Part shown: positions 1 through 22,010 of the stretch, piece by piece
How positions within the stretch are numbered: the first letter of the stretch is position 1
Layout of the letters: each line of letters opens with the position of its first letter
Source of the DNA: the human T2T-CHM13v2.0 reference genome, Homo sapiens
Reading direction: 5' to 3' (one strand)
Assembly (NCBI RefSeq): GCF_009914755.1
Contig: NC_060927.1
Length of the DNA: 64,000 nucleotides
Notes under the pieces: generated by a model
Database searches by the model: none
Told to the model about the DNA's origin: nothing
The model's input: the letters and a program-made list of their open reading frames with translations, nothing else
Translations under genes and position numbers: made by a program

Positions 1-263
1 TTTTGAGAGGCTGAGGCAGGCAGATTACTTGAGCCCAGGAGTTTGAGACCAATCTGGGCAACAGAGTGAGACCCTGTCTTTACAAAACAAACAAACAAAA
101 ATTAGCTGGGCCTGGTGGTGCATGCCTGTGGTCCCAACTACCAGGAAGGTTGAGGTGGGAGAATTGCTTGAGCCCAGGAAGTCAAAGCTGCAGGGAGCTG
201 AGATCACGCCACTGCATTCCAGCCTGAGCAATCGAGCAAAAACCCTACCTAAAAAAAAAAAAA
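1..263 (+). mobile_element. Alu (AluJ-like), 5' end cut by window edge
   Basis: Alu left-arm remainder, A-rich linker, right arm and poly(A) at 251-263; J-type features such as GAGCCCAGGAGTTTGAG. Confidence 0.9.
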
Positions 264-264
264 G

Positions 265-599
265 GAGGCTGGTGATTCAGGAATGATAGAAAAAAAAGGA
301 TACGTACTCAAAGGTAAAGACTTAATAAAAATTAATAATATTTATTGCTTCATAAAGGATATTTAAAAAACTTTTTTTTCCCTGTGAGTTGATGGTGGTG
401 AAGCACGCAAGACTACTAGTGGACTTTAGTGCCTCATTGTACTAAGACACTAACAGTTTTACCCATTATTTCTTTTGCACTATTAGTGCAAATGTCAACA
501 CAGTGAAAAACCCAAATATGATCTTACTGTAATTGTGAAAATAGTTGTGACCTCATGGACCCCCTGAAAGTGTCTGTAGACCATATTTTGATAACCACG
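265..599. mobile_element. hAT-Charlie DNA transposon fragment (Charlie1-like)
   Basis: ATTAGTGCAAATGTCAACACAGTGAAAAA...GACCTCATGGACCCCCTGAAAG...TTTGATAACCACG resembles the recalled Charlie1 terminus. Confidence 0.6.
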
Positions 600-689
600 G
601 TCCTAAAGAACTCTCCACCAACTCTACCTCTGCCTTAGGACTCATGAGTTCTTAGGAAGACTGTTACAGTAATCATCACCATAACCAGT

Positions 690-1450
<761 letters not shown>

Positions 1451-1537
1451 TAATGCTATCCCTCCTTTACTCCCTGCAACCCCTGGCAGGTCTCAGTATG
1501 TGATGTTCCCCTCCCTGTGTCCATGTGTTCTGATTGT

Positions 1538-5340
<3,803 letters not shown>

Positions 5341-5403
5341 TATGGTGCTAGCTGGTTATTTTGCCTGTTAGTTGGTGCAGTTTCTTCATAGTGTCGATGG
5401 TCT

Positions 5404-6450
5404 TTACAATTTGGTATGTTTTTGCAGTGGCTGGTACCGGTTGTTCCTTTCCACATTTAGTGCTTCCTTCAGGAGCTCTTGTAAGGCAGGCCTGGTGGTG
5501 ACAAAATCTCTCAGCATTTGCTTGTCTGAAAAGGATTTTACTTCTTCACTTATGAAGCTCAGTTTGGCTGGATATGAAATTCTTGGTTGAAAATTCTTCA
5601 AGAATGTTGAATATTGGCCCCCATTCTCTTCTGGCTTGTAGGGTTTCTGCTGAGAGATCCGCTGTTAGTCTGATGGTTTTCCCTTTGTGGGTAAGCCGAC
5701 CTTTCTCTCTGGCTGCCTTAACATTTTTTCCTTCATGTCAACCTTGGTGAATTTGACGATTGTGTGTCTTGGGGTTGCTCTTCTGGAGGAGTATCTTTAT
5801 GGTGTTCTCTGTATTACCTGAATTTGAATGTTGGCCTGCCTTGCTAGGTTGGGGAAGTTCTCCTGCATAATATCCTGAAGAGTGTGTTCCAACTTGGTTC
5901 CATTCTCCCCGTCACTTTCAGGTACACCAATGAAACGTAGATTTGGTCTTTTCACATAGTCCCATATTTCTTGGAGGCTTTGTTTGTTTCTTTTCATTCT
6001 TTGAAAATACTATAGTATTAAATAATGATAATTATAACAAATCTTGTCTTCTCACTTTATTTCATTAAGTTCATCTTCAATCTGTGATATCCTTTCTTCT
6101 GCTTGATTGATTAGGCTATTGATACTTGTGTATGCTTCACGAAGTTCTGGTGCTGTGTTTTTTAGCTCCATCAGGTCATTTATGTTCTTCTATAAACTAG
6201 TTATTCTAGTTAGCAATTCATCTAACCTTTTTTCAAGGTTCTTAGCTTCCTTGCATTGGATTAGAACATGCTCCTTTAACTCGGAGGAATTTGTTATTAC
6301 CCATCTTCTAAAGCCTACTTCTGTCAATTCGTCAAACCCATTCTCCGTCCAGATTTGTTCCCTTGCTGGCAAAGAGTTGTGATCCTTTGGAGGAGAATAG
6401 GCATTCTGGTTTTTGGAATTTTCAGCCTTTTTGTGCTGGTTTATCCCCAT
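5404..6450 (-). pseudogene. L1 ORF1p remnant (stops, frameshifts, internal insertion)
   Basis: ORF-track fragments MGINQHKKAENSKNQNA..., SLQEIWDYVKRPNLRFIGVPESDGENG and NFQPRISYPAKLSFISE...RPALQELLKEAL match ORF1p. Confidence 0.92.
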
Positions 6451-7156
6451 CTTCATGGATTTATCTACCTTTGGTCTTGGATGTTGGTGACCTTCGGATG
6501 GGGTTTTTGTGTGGACATCCTCTTTGTTGATGTTGATGCTATTCTTTTCTGTTTGTTAGTTTTCCTCCTAACAGTCAGGCCCCTCTGCTGCAGGTCTGCT
6601 GGAGTTTGCTGGAGGTCCACACCAGACCCTGTTTGCCTGGATATCACCAGCAGAGGCTGCAGAACAGCAGATTGCTGCCTGTTTCTTCCTCTGGAAGCTT
6701 TGTCCCAGAGGGACACCTGCCAGATGCCAGCCAGAGCTCTCCTGTATGAGGTGTCTGTCGGCCCCTACTGGGAGGTGTCTTCCAGTCAGGATACACAGGG
6801 GTCAGGGACCCACTTGAGGAGGCAGTATGACCCTTATCAGAGCTCGAACGCTGTGCTGGGAGGTCCACTGCTCTCTTCAGAGCCATCAGGCAGGGACGTT
6901 TGAGTCTGCTGAAGCTGCACCCACAGCTGCCCTTTCCCTCAGGTGCTCTGTCCCAGGGAGATGGGGGTTTTATCTGTAAGTCCCTGACTGGGGCTGCTGC
7001 CTTTTTTTCAGAGATGTGCTGCCCAGAGAGGAGGAATCTAGAGAGGCAGTCTGGCTACAGTGGCCCTGCTGAGCTGCGGTGGGCTCCACCCAGTTTGAAC
7101 TTCCTGGCGGTTTTGTTTACACTGTGAGGGTAAAACCACCTACCCAAGCCTCAGCA

Positions 7157-7375
7157 ATGGCGGATGCTCCTCCCCCCACGAAGCTTGAATGTCCCAGGTC
7201 AACTTCAGACTGCTGCGCTGGCAGCGAGAATCTCAAGCCAGTGGATCTTAGCTTGCTGGGCTCCGTGGGGGTGGGACCCTCTGAGCTAGAACACTTGGTT
7301 CCCAGGCTTCAGCCCCCTTTCCAGGGGAGTGAACGGTTCTGTCTCGCTGGCATTCCAGGTGCCTCTGGGGTATGA
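7157..7375 (+). other. L1 antisense ORF0-like open frame (72 aa) in the L1 5'UTR
   Basis: gcaATGG start; MADAPPPTKLECPRSTSDCCAGS...SVGVGPSE resembles recalled L1 ORF0 (MAGAPPP...SDCCAS...SVGVGPSE); open to a TGA at 7373-7375. Confidence 0.6.
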
Positions 7376-7623
7376 AAAAACAACTCCTGTAGCTAGCTCA
7401 ATGTCTGCCCAAACGGCCACCCGGTTTTGTGCTTGAAATCCAGGGCCCTGGTGGCATGGGCAACTGGAGGGAATCTCCTGGTCTGCAGGTTGCAAAGACC
7501 ATGTGAAAAGCACAGTATCTGGGCCAGAGTGCTCTGTTGGCCACGGCACAGTCCCTCACGGCTTCCCTTGGCTAGGGGAGGCAAATCCCCCGACCGCTTG
7601 TGCTTCCTGTGCTTCCTGGGTGA

Positions 7624-7974
<351 letters not shown>

Positions 7975-8107
7975 TAAAGATAATTACCATTATTATAACA
8001 GCGAACATCTATGCACTACTTGCTGGACACTGTGTCAAGCACTTTAAATGCATCGTAATTTCTGGCATATTAATTTATTAATCATATTAAGTCTTCAAGT
8101 TCCTTAA

Positions 8108-8772
<665 letters not shown>

Positions 8773-9108
8773 AGGTTCGTAGTTTTTAAAGTTTGGAAGA
8801 TACGAGTTCCCATCCCAGCTTCAATCTATGCGAATTTAAACAAGTTTCCCATTTCTCTTGCTCAAAAAAATGGTTGTTGGGCTTTTTTTGTTTTTTAACC
8901 AAAGTGATAACATGATATCCAGAAAAGTAGAAAGAAGAAAACAATAAATTACCTCCATATCCCACCATTTAGAAATAAAATTAAAATTTGTGAGCATGCT
9001 TATAGATATTTCCAAGTGGATTTGTATGTTAGAATGATACATAAATAAATTCAAAACTAATAACCTAGGATTATATTCTATATTCTGTTGTTTAAAAGTG
9101 AAAAAAGA

Positions 9109-9519
<411 letters not shown>

Positions 9520-9578
9520 TTAACCTACACAGGCAGTTTGATTGGCTTCACACAGTTAATTTAAAGAAATAGAAACTA

Positions 9579-9717
9579 GGCTGAGCGTGGTGGCTCATGC
9601 CTGTAATCCCAGCACTTTGGGAGGCTGAGGTGGGTGTATCACGAAGTCAGGAGATCGAGACCATCCTGGCTAACACGGTGAAACCCCGTCTCTACTAAAA
9701 ATACAAAAAATTAGCCG
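9579..9717 (+). mobile_element. AluY left monomer only
   Basis: GAGATCGAGACCATCCTGGCTAACACGG diagnostic; stops at ATTAGCCG. Confidence 0.9.
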
Positions 9718-9725
9718 TCTAATTT

Positions 9726-9999
<274 letters not shown>

Positions 10000-10813
10000 A
10001 CATTGCACTGTTCTTTAGAGAAAAATCTGATTTTTTAAAAAACCCTGAGAGGTGACTGGATTTTTCTTTCTGAATATTTAAAGAATTTTTTTTTTTGCCT
10101 TCAACTTTAACAGGCATACGCCTAAATATCTTTTTTCAACCAATATTGTTGGAAAACAATGCATCTTCTTGAGTGAAAAACAGAATCACTTTGGAGAGAT
10201 TTTCCTGTATTACATTTCTAGATAATTTCCCTAGTTAATTGTTGTAACGCTTATTTCCAGGACAGTAGTAGTTGTTATGTTAGGTGGTTTTTATCATCTA
10301 TTCTTTACATGTCTTAAATTCCTTATCCTTTCTTTCTATTTTCATTATGATTATACCAAGCCTTCCTTCCACAAAAATAATTTGATGCTCGGTTGGTTCT
10401 ATTGTGTTACTTGGTTATTTTTCTAGGTTATTTGTTAGATGTAAATTGGGATTTTGCTACACAACTTGTTTCTTTAGTACTTTAATCTCCCTTTTAATCT
10501 TATGCTGTTATTTTATCCTTTTGTCTTTGTGTTCTTATTTTGTTAAAATCGTATACTTTATTAGAATGTGATATATGTCTGAAGAGTGATAAATTCACAA
10601 TGAGTATTGCACTGTTCCTTGGCTTGGGCTACGTTTTCTTCCAGATTGGATTACTTTTCTCTATATCGAATGCTTTCATAGCTTCTGCCCTGTTTCTTTT
10701 TGTTATCTAGCCCGTGATTGACACAGACGGTTTGGTAATCTCGTTCCATTATTTGGTTATATGTGGGTGACTTCTCCTTGAAGCCCTTCTATCATGTGTA
10801 AAACCCAGTAGTC

Positions 10814-11217
<404 letters not shown>

Positions 11218-11734
11218 CTAGAGGACCTGGGCATGACACTTTCTGAGATCTCATTAAGATGTCCAATTTTGTACCCCGCTCCTGTGTGCCTTCCCTAAGC
11301 CAGCACATGCTCTGGAAGCTGTCAGGCCCTGGCTGTTCTGCAATTTCTATGGTGGTATGTAGTGGCTTCTGCTTCTAAGCATTTTGTCTTGACTTTTCTT
11401 CAAGCTTCCTTTTCATCCTCTCAGTCAGATTCTCTGCAGATTGAAACAGGGAGAGCGATTCCTAAAAATTATTAGAAATATTGCCATTGTATCTACTTCC
11501 CTTCACACTACTTCTAGAAAAGGTAAGTATGAAATTATGATCCCTGTGTCACCACACCAGAACTTTATATTTCTTCCTCTGACAACTTCTTTTTGACAGC
11601 TAAGGCATAAGCTTGAATCTCTTTCCTTGCTGCTGGTAGATTTTTTGCAATGTCATTTTGGAAGGATATTTTCAACGAATATAGAATTCTAGATTGCCAG
11701 GTGTTCTTTCCTTCTCTCCCTGCAAACACTTTAA

Positions 11735-12214
<480 letters not shown>

Positions 12215-12830
12215 CTCCATATTTTCTCATGAGGATTCAGAAGTGATTCAAATGACTCCTCCACTATGTGAGGTATCATTTTTTTCTCTGGTTGCTTTCA
12301 AAATTCTCTCTTTAGTTTTCAACAGTTTGACTATGATAGGCCTATATGTGTCTTTATTTACATGTATGCTGCCTGGGGTTCACTGAACTTTAATTTATAA
12401 ATGTATGTCTTTCAACACATTGGGGAACATTTAAGCCATTTGTTCTTCAAAATTTTTTTTCTGGTCTCATTCTCTCTTCTACTTCTGGAATTCAATTACC
12501 TGTATGCAGGTATTTTTATATTGTACTACAGGTCCCTGAGACCCTGTTCAATGTTTTCAACTTTTTTTGTCATCAGATTGGACAATTTCTATGGCTATAA
12601 AATTCTCTCTCTCTTTTTTTAAATCAAGTCCATCCAGTGAATTTTTAATTTAAAATATTGCATTTGTCAGTTTTAAGTTTCCATTGGTTCTTTTTTACAT
12701 AGTTTCTATTTCTTGTTTGAGATTTCCTGCCTTTCATTCATTAAAGTATACTTTCCTTTACTTTGCTGAGATGAGTTGTAATACCTGCTTGAGAGTTCTT
12801 ATCTGCTGCTTGGGGTTGGCCCAAGTTGAT

Positions 12831-12916
12831 TGTTTTTTCTCTTAATCCTGGATCATATTCTCTGGCTCTGTGCTGTTTTTTCTCTTAACTTTGGATCATA
12901 TTTTCTGGCTCTGTGC
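12831..12916. repeat. 43-bp tandem duplication (2 copies)
   Basis: 12831-12873 vs 12874-12916, 39/43 identical. Confidence 0.9.
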
Positions 12917-15900
12917 ATGGTATGTGATTTTCGAGTATATTTAGGCATTATAAATTTGATGTTCTGGAGATTCTACGTCCTATTATGTTCTTCTGAGAAT
13001 GCTGGTGTTTTGTTTTAGCAAGCACTTAACTTAGCTGAGCTCAAACTGCAAAACTCTATCTCTTGGGTCATTTTCACTACCATTAGGTAGGCTGATTTGA
13101 GCATGCCTTATGTGAGTGTGGTTCAGGAATCTGCCCAAATCTTGATCAGAGTTTATACACAGGATCCAGGTCTTTCTTACTCTGGCTCATTTCTTTCTAG
13201 TATCCTCCCACCTCCTGCTTTCTAGCATGCTGTATTAGAGTTTTAGCTATCCCACATAGTACCAACCTCAGCCTGTGCTCAGGCTACAAAACTATAAAAA
13301 TAGGAAACTCACCCCTTGCCATTTCACTTATCCAAGTTTTGACTCCCCCCGGATTCTGTCTGCTTCTGTTTACTCTTTAGTGCCTTCAGGCTTTTTGTTT
13401 TTGTTTGTTTCTTTGTTTATTTCATCCAAAGTTTATATGTATTATCTGTAGGAAACCAGGATCTGGTAGATGCTTATTTGTCCATACCAAAAGCGGAAAT
13501 TGATGGTACTTTTTTTCTGTTGCTTTTACTTTTGCTGTTCATTGTGTTAAATGTTGGGAGGAGAGAGATTATGTCATCTAGAGTCATTTTGCCATCTTTA
13601 TCCAGAAGTTTTCTTGTGCAAGTGGTTTCTTCTTCTAGAGCCTCAGCTTTATAATCTATAAAATAAGCAAAAGAGTTTTTTGTGGAGTGTGTTTAAAGGT
13701 TTAGATAAGATAGTGCGGGTAAAACTTTTTAGCCCAGAGCTTGGCAGTTAATAAGATTATTACCATTATCTTCAGTGTCAGTATCTCATCCCTAACATGG
13801 TGCCGAGTATGTAGCAAGAGATAAATAATGATTGTTGGATAAATGAATTAGATACATGAAAATAGAGAAGGAAGAGAATGGATACAAGCAATGGTGAAAC
13901 TAACTACAGGAAACTGAGAAGCTGCTTCAAGGGTGGCATTTCCCCATTGGAGCTGGGCATGTAACAGACACACAGGCCTGTGGCCAGGTAGCTCTTCCCT
14001 CTGGCCAGGCTCTGTTACACAACGTGTTCTCTTTAATTTGTGCGGTGATTCATGACACAAGCCACAGCACGAGGACGATCCTGCAGAACTGGGGGAAGAG
14101 TCTCCACATCCCAGCTTTGTACACTTTCCAGAAGGCACAGAGGAATTTTGGGGGGATTCTGGAGCCTGCGTGGAACTCCCTTGTTTCCTGAGCATTGGAG
14201 GAAATGTCTGAAAGCTGCATTTGGGTGGGGCAGTAGCAGAGACAGAATGGATAGGTTTGGGGATGGAGGAGGTGTTCATTCTCCAAGCGTGACAAGCTCA
14301 TAACACCCTGACTTCAGGAAGGAACTATTACCCACACCAGAGGGCTGAAATGCCAACCCTCAGCAGGTGGTTGCATGCTCCAAAACCATAATGGTATTTA
14401 CCAGGGTGAAGGGGTCCAGCATTTAGGCACTATCAGTGGCTGTGCTTCCATTCACAGCACCTGCCAGGGCTACTCCAAGAGAACAGTAAGTTGAGCAAGC
14501 TCCCTGAGCCTGGGAGTCTTCTTAGCTGGATAAAGATACAAAAAGACTTTCGAAAATATTATTAAGTAACATGTTTAAAATGGTAAATTTTATGTTACAT
14601 ATGCCTTACCACAATGACAAACAAACAAAATTGGTAAAATAATATATGCTCTTTGTAGACAATTTGAAAAATTAAGAAAGATTTAAAGAAGAAACAAAGT
14701 TACTTATATTCTTTCCTTCTAGTATTTTGGCATATGTATTTCCTTTCTTCTTTTACGTATCGGAATGGACTTTTTTTTTTACTTAATTGAAATTATACTG
14801 CCTATAATGTGGGATTTTTGGGGTAATTTAGTATTATAATCTCAGCATATTTGTCATTAAGTATTGTTTGAATATCTTTTAATGGATTCAAAGAAATTCA
14901 TTTATGGATTCATCAAATTGTACTTAATGGTCCCAGTGGCTATTTAGGCAGTTTTTAATATTTCACTAATAAAATAACACTTTAATAAACATCTTTAAAC
15001 ATGAGTCTATGTGTAAAAGACCTTCTGAAATTAGAACATTTTTTCTTCTCTTCTTCTTTCATCCTGCTTAGATCCTACATCTCCTTAAATGCCAGGCTCA
15101 GATCTGGCCTCTGCTAAAAAACCTACCCTGAGAATTTCAGCCTGCAAGAATCCCTTCCTTCTCTGACTCCAATTCATTCATTTTTTCCTCAAATATTATT
15201 TTACGGCATATCAAATATGTATATGTATATGTTTATCAAATATTAATTTCTTTTCTAAAGTGATTGGTTAGTACAATGATTATGGCTAAGCCTATCGAGT
15301 ACTTACTCAATGATGGCCCCTTTTAAAGCACTTTACATGGATTACATCATTTCATTTTTACAATACTATCCATGCTTTACCTATAGGAAAACTGAAGCAT
15401 AAGTAATTTATCAAAGATTGCTCAGCTGTTCGTTGGGTGAGCTGGGATTTAACACCACCCACTGTGGCTCTGAGTCCATTAACTGTATTAACATTTATGA
15501 ATACTGCCTCAGCTGGACTATTCTAGGGAATAAAGTAGACAGAGCAAATACACTTCTGTCCTCTGGAATGAACTCACAGCCTGAGCTGCCCTGCTGAGTC
15601 TGGATCATAAAGGGTCTTGAGCCACTTCCTGATGACGGTCTGTGAGTACCTCTTATTCTTCCATTCTGTGTACTCCTGCAGGGCTGGGATATGGTCCCCT
15701 TCTGCCTTCCACCCCCATAAAGCATACACTTAGTGCACAAGGGCTACTCAGTAAGGCCCTCAAACTGACGGCTGGGAGGTAGCAGAAAGAGATGAGTGCC
15801 TGGAGACTAGGGTTTGCTTCTGTCAGTCTGGTGTCTGTTTCTTCATGAGGGAAATGAGATCGTCTTTGACATTCTGAGAGTGTAGTAAGATCTTCCAGTA

Positions 15901-16146
15901 ATACCTTAGGTTTTTCTCACATGGTAAAGAGGAAACACTAACATAAGACCCTCCTGTGGCCCTGAGATCTTTGATCTGGTCCATGGCCTGTAATTTCTGG
16001 GTTAAACATGAGAAAGCTGTCTCCACACTGCTTCTTTTTCAGTATGCACAGATGTGAGTGGAAATCTTTTAGAGGCTAAAAAGCAGTGCTAACTTTCTCA
16101 CTGCTACATATTTGTTTCATAAAGTAGGTAATCACAGTTACAATGA

Positions 16147-16448
<302 letters not shown>

Positions 16449-16944
16449 AGGTGTTTTGTTTTGAATGAGATTAAAGGATGAAAGAGGAACAAAAAAGAAA
16501 GGAAGAAGAGGAGGAGGAGGCTTCCTATGCCAGGCCCTAGGCATCTGGGTTTTCTGCATTGGTCCTAGGGTTAAAAAAAGTTAATTGTTCACCTCCTTCT
16601 GATTGGTTTCACATCTAATAATTATAATACCTTTCTCCTTTTGTGTATGTAGTTGATATACAGCCTGCCACCGCACACACCAGCATTATTGCTGATCTTT
16701 GCTGTGATCCTTCGAGGAATGCAGTGCCTCCATTTCACAGATTCAGAGAAGCTAAGGGCCTTTTTAAAAGCTATCTGGCTGGTAAAAAGCAAGACAGGAA
16801 GCAAACTCCATTCTGCTTGGCCCCAAAGAACTCCTGAAGCATCACCACAGCACTGAGTTAGCTGTGGTCTCATTAGTTACCTAAGGAATGAACTGTCAGC
16901 AGCCGATGGAGAGGCACACTGCAGAGACATGGCCTTTTTGGAGT

Positions 16945-17256
<312 letters not shown>

Positions 17257-17530
17257 CATTTTGGAGTTTTATTAAAGACCTTGGAGGGGATTAGAGATGG
17301 AAATGTCAACTAAGAAGAGCAAGCCTATTTCCTGGCCATGAATGGAGTTAGGAGAGACACTTCCTTCCCTCCCTACCTCTGTGGTCCTTGGCCAAAGTTT
17401 GGGGAATGGCTAGTGAGGAGGGAAGGTTCCAATCTGATTTAATTTACAACTCTAAATCTGATAAAGAAAATTTTGTCCTGATTTGTGGACTTATTTATGT
17501 AAAACAAAGTGTGTTTCCATGAAACACCTA

Positions 17531-17893
<363 letters not shown>

Positions 17894-19952
17894 AAAAACC
17901 AAATTCCATTTAGCTATATATCAAATACATGAGAAAACAAAAGGTACAGTCCCAGGAATTTCTGCATGTGTCTACAAGACTTCAGAGAAGGAAGAGATCA
18001 ATGTGGATGCCAGGCTTCCAGGAGGAGCTTAGGATTGAACCAGACCTTAGAGGATGGCTTGAAGGCAGAGAGAGATGAAGGAGGCTTTTCAGAGCAATGA
18101 AGAAGCGAGTCCTAGTGGTAGAGACAGTGAGGAGACAGTCAGGTCATCCTCTCCTCACTTTGCCTCCAATGAAAAACAGATGAGCCTATTGGTTAAAGAG
18201 TGGCTTTGAAGTCATACACATCCTAGTTCAATTTCCAGCTTTGCAATTACAAGCCTTTGGCCAGTTATTCAAACTTCCTAAGCCTTAGTAATCTCATTTC
18301 CAAATGCGGTTAATGACGCACACCTCCCAGGATCTTTATGAGGATTAAATATCATAACCATTTCAGCTCCTGCTTCAGTAATTTGAGGAAGTCATTATTA
18401 TCTCTTAGATCATTCTGGAATATCCAGATACAAATCTCAACCACGCTCTATTTCACCTCAGTAATCAATGGAAATTACAATTTCTTCTAGCTCATGAGAT
18501 CTTTGAAGCAGTAAAACTACCTCAACCCTCTATGTCAAAACCACTGCAGTGAAGGAAATGTGTTATCATAAGTCCAGATTCACACAAAGCCATCTCAAAT
18601 GAGTGTCTTCCTTCTTCTCCCCAGCAACAACGGCAATATCCCACTGGACTTCTGGCCATTCTCTATAATCTCCACTTATCACTTTACACATTTTTCTTGG
18701 CACTTTGAAAAGACAGGCTGAAAACCCAGGCTAATGATCCCTGAGCAGTATGAAAAGTCAGAAAATAATGAGCAGGTCCTGATTCCTCTCAGGGGCCTCA
18801 TTATGAAGGACAAGCCACTGAAATTTCTGCTTTTTCTCAAGTCTTTTGTTCTTTATACATTTTTCTGGGCTACCCTCTGGCCCCTTATTAGCATTTACAA
18901 CAGAATCAGAAGATTTGGGCTCTAGTCCAACTGCTGCCGCTTATTAGCTAGGTGATCTTTGGCAAGTTATTGTACTTTCTAGACCTCAGTTGATTTCTCA
19001 GTAAAATAAGGATCAATCAAAAAATGTATAGGAATGCACCTCGCAAGTCCTCTAAATGTGTAATGCATATTAAAGTGAGTAGATGAATCAAGCAGGTGTA
19101 TTGTACCCCTTTCAGCTTAACCCAACCACCAGAGAAGTCCCAGATTCTGCAACAAAATACCTCTTCAATAGTCCACTCTGAATGTGGACTGAAGACCTCT
19201 GCATCTATTCTGGGGAAGAAAATGAGTTTCCTAATAACGATCCTTCCTGTAAGTTTGAGAAAAGCGTCACAGAGGAACCCGGTCTGTAGAATTACAGCCC
19301 AGCTGATGGGTTGGGACCCCAAGCAGATTGGATCCAACCCTTTGAATATAATCATATATATGGTTAATACAAGTGCCTGTGCTTACATTCCCCCAGACAG
19401 TCACAGACACACACAAATCTTCCACCTCAGTGGGCCTGAGCTGGAGTCCCTGCCTCCTGGATGAAGTTCTGGGGCCTCCACGTCATGGCCTTGTCTGAGC
19501 CTGTCTGGTTAGAGAAGTGCAGGCTCTTATTATCATTATAGACTGCCTGCTTGGTAATTGAACTGGACAGCTGAGTGCTTTATGATATCACCAAGTAAGA
19601 CTGTAATGGATAAGGCTGCACTGTTCAGGGGCTATTTCCTGCACTGAACCATTTCAGTGCTTCCCAAATGCACATGTTATTGTCCGAACACTTAGACCTC
19701 AGCAGAGCTGGTTACAGGTTAATCCAAATCACCACCTCCTCCATCAGCTCCTGCCAGGAGGATGCTGAGGCTGTACGCTCAGGGATTTTTTTTTTCCTCT
19801 TTTTTCTTTTCCTTCAAGAAACAGAATCAATACACATGTGCACTCAGGTTTCTAATAGCGAGCTGTCAAAGTTTAACCTTGAGCCCTGTACAAAGAGGGA
19901 CTAGAAAATTAATGTAGTTTCGTAGGGAGGTGTTTAAACTTTAGGCAATAAC

Positions 19953-20610
19953 TTTTTGTTTTCCTGCTTCAGGTTTATTTGTGCAAATAGCACAGAAGGA
20001 CCCCAGCCCCGTGCAGATGGCAGCCGGCGGGGGCTGGGGGAGGGGGGCGGTTGCACCAGTCCTTCTGTCCTCATGTTGGCAGACAGAGATATCTACTCTG
20101 AAGCCTTTGTAGGGGCCTGAGCACCTTTGGGAGCCTGAGCTGGAGTTGAAGCTGGAGCTGCAGCCTGGACCTTGGTTTGGTCCTTGGCCTTGGCCTTTGG
20201 CCGGCACAGCCTGAGCCCCTTGGCAACGCGGGCACGAGCACGCTTCCCAAGCTTGGGGTGGGGAATGTAGGCAAGTCGATTGAGCTTGTGGCTGACATCC
20301 TTTGGGATCTTGGGCTTAGCCTCCTTGGGCTTCACAAGGGCCCTGATAGCCTCGGCATGTGCACTCATGGCCTCGGCACTGTTGGCCTGCATCTTCTTTA
20401 GGCTCTTCTTTTTGTGCTTCTTGGCAAAGCACATGTTCCTCAGGAACTTGGGGTCGACCCCCTTAAGAGATTCGTATCTTTGTGATCAGGCTTTCTTGAT
20501 ACCATTTCTGTGCCATTTTTGGGACTGGTTGTGTGTGGTGTGGTTCTTGGACTTGGCCATGTCTGCACTTTAAGCTGTGGCTCCTGAAGCACCTACAATC
20601 GGAAGAGCAG
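19953..20610 (-). pseudogene. RPL29 processed pseudogene (60S ribosomal protein L29/eL29 retrocopy)
   Basis: Intronless frame 20560->20093: [42 protein letters not shown]...APTKASE; stop at codon 25 (20486-20488); 5'UTR CTCTTCC tract; AATAAA at 19974-19979; decayed A tail; TSD-like AGGCAATAACTT (19943-19954) and AGGAAATAGCTT (20609-20620). Confidence 0.95.
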
Positions 20611-20900
20611 GAAATAGCTTAATGATAAGAAATGTGGCTTTTTCCAAAGGTTATTGCCCAGCTATTTGTGTTTAATTAACTACCGGTGATGATAATCAAT
20701 GAGACTGTTGCTGAGGCTGTAACCACGCCTCTGCTGTCTAAAGCCCACAGTCCCTTGGCAAAGGGTTCCTCACTCAGGGCAGCACCAGCAGAGAAAGCTC
20801 CCTTGGTGAAGGAGCACGAACATGTTCAGGCATGGTTGGTGGCTTTTTCCCTTTGGAGGAATTTCTTTGTGAGAAGCTAGAAAGAGCCTTAGAGGTAACC

Positions 20901-21078
20901 CAGTGGACTTGTCTGTAAACCCTGCAGCTCATCAGCCTTGCCTGGGAAATTTGTTAACAATTATAGATACCCAGCGTCTGACCCCAGAACCATTATATCC
21001 TGGGGAGGAGAATGAGCATTTATACTATAAACAATTTCAGCAGGTGACTCCAAAGTTCAGCCAGGCTTGAAAACAACT
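20901..21078. mobile_element. MER5-like hAT MITE
   Basis: CAGTGG...CCTGGGAAATTTGTTAA...CAGGTGACTCC...TTGAAAACAACT. Confidence 0.5.
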
Positions 21079-21403
21079 TATTTTGTCCAACTGCCCTTGT
21101 TCATAAAGTAGTAAACTGAGAACAAGAAAGGGCAAGTGCCTTAGCTGAGGTCTGCAGGCTGGTTGTGAGAGTTTAATGTGGAATGCAGGCCTGCTGTCTC
21201 CTAAACTGGTGTGCTGTGTGTTATGTGGCATCTCTCATAAAATATTGGCTCTCCTTGGGGAGAGATGTAGAAAACACATGTGAGTAAAACACAGTCAGTG
21301 ATGGGGTAATCCTTTTAACTGAATGTTCAAGTCACCAGGACTCAGCGCTGGCCGTCACTTGCTGTAACTAGTCATATATTTTGGTTAAGAATTCAGCATC
21401 ACT

Positions 21404-22010
<607 letters not shown>

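Noticed and set aside
20093-20434. 113-aa ORF as a functional RPL29 paralogue
   Set aside because: The conserved eL29 N-terminus is cut off by the codon-25 stop; processed-pseudogene hallmarks; no own promoter evident
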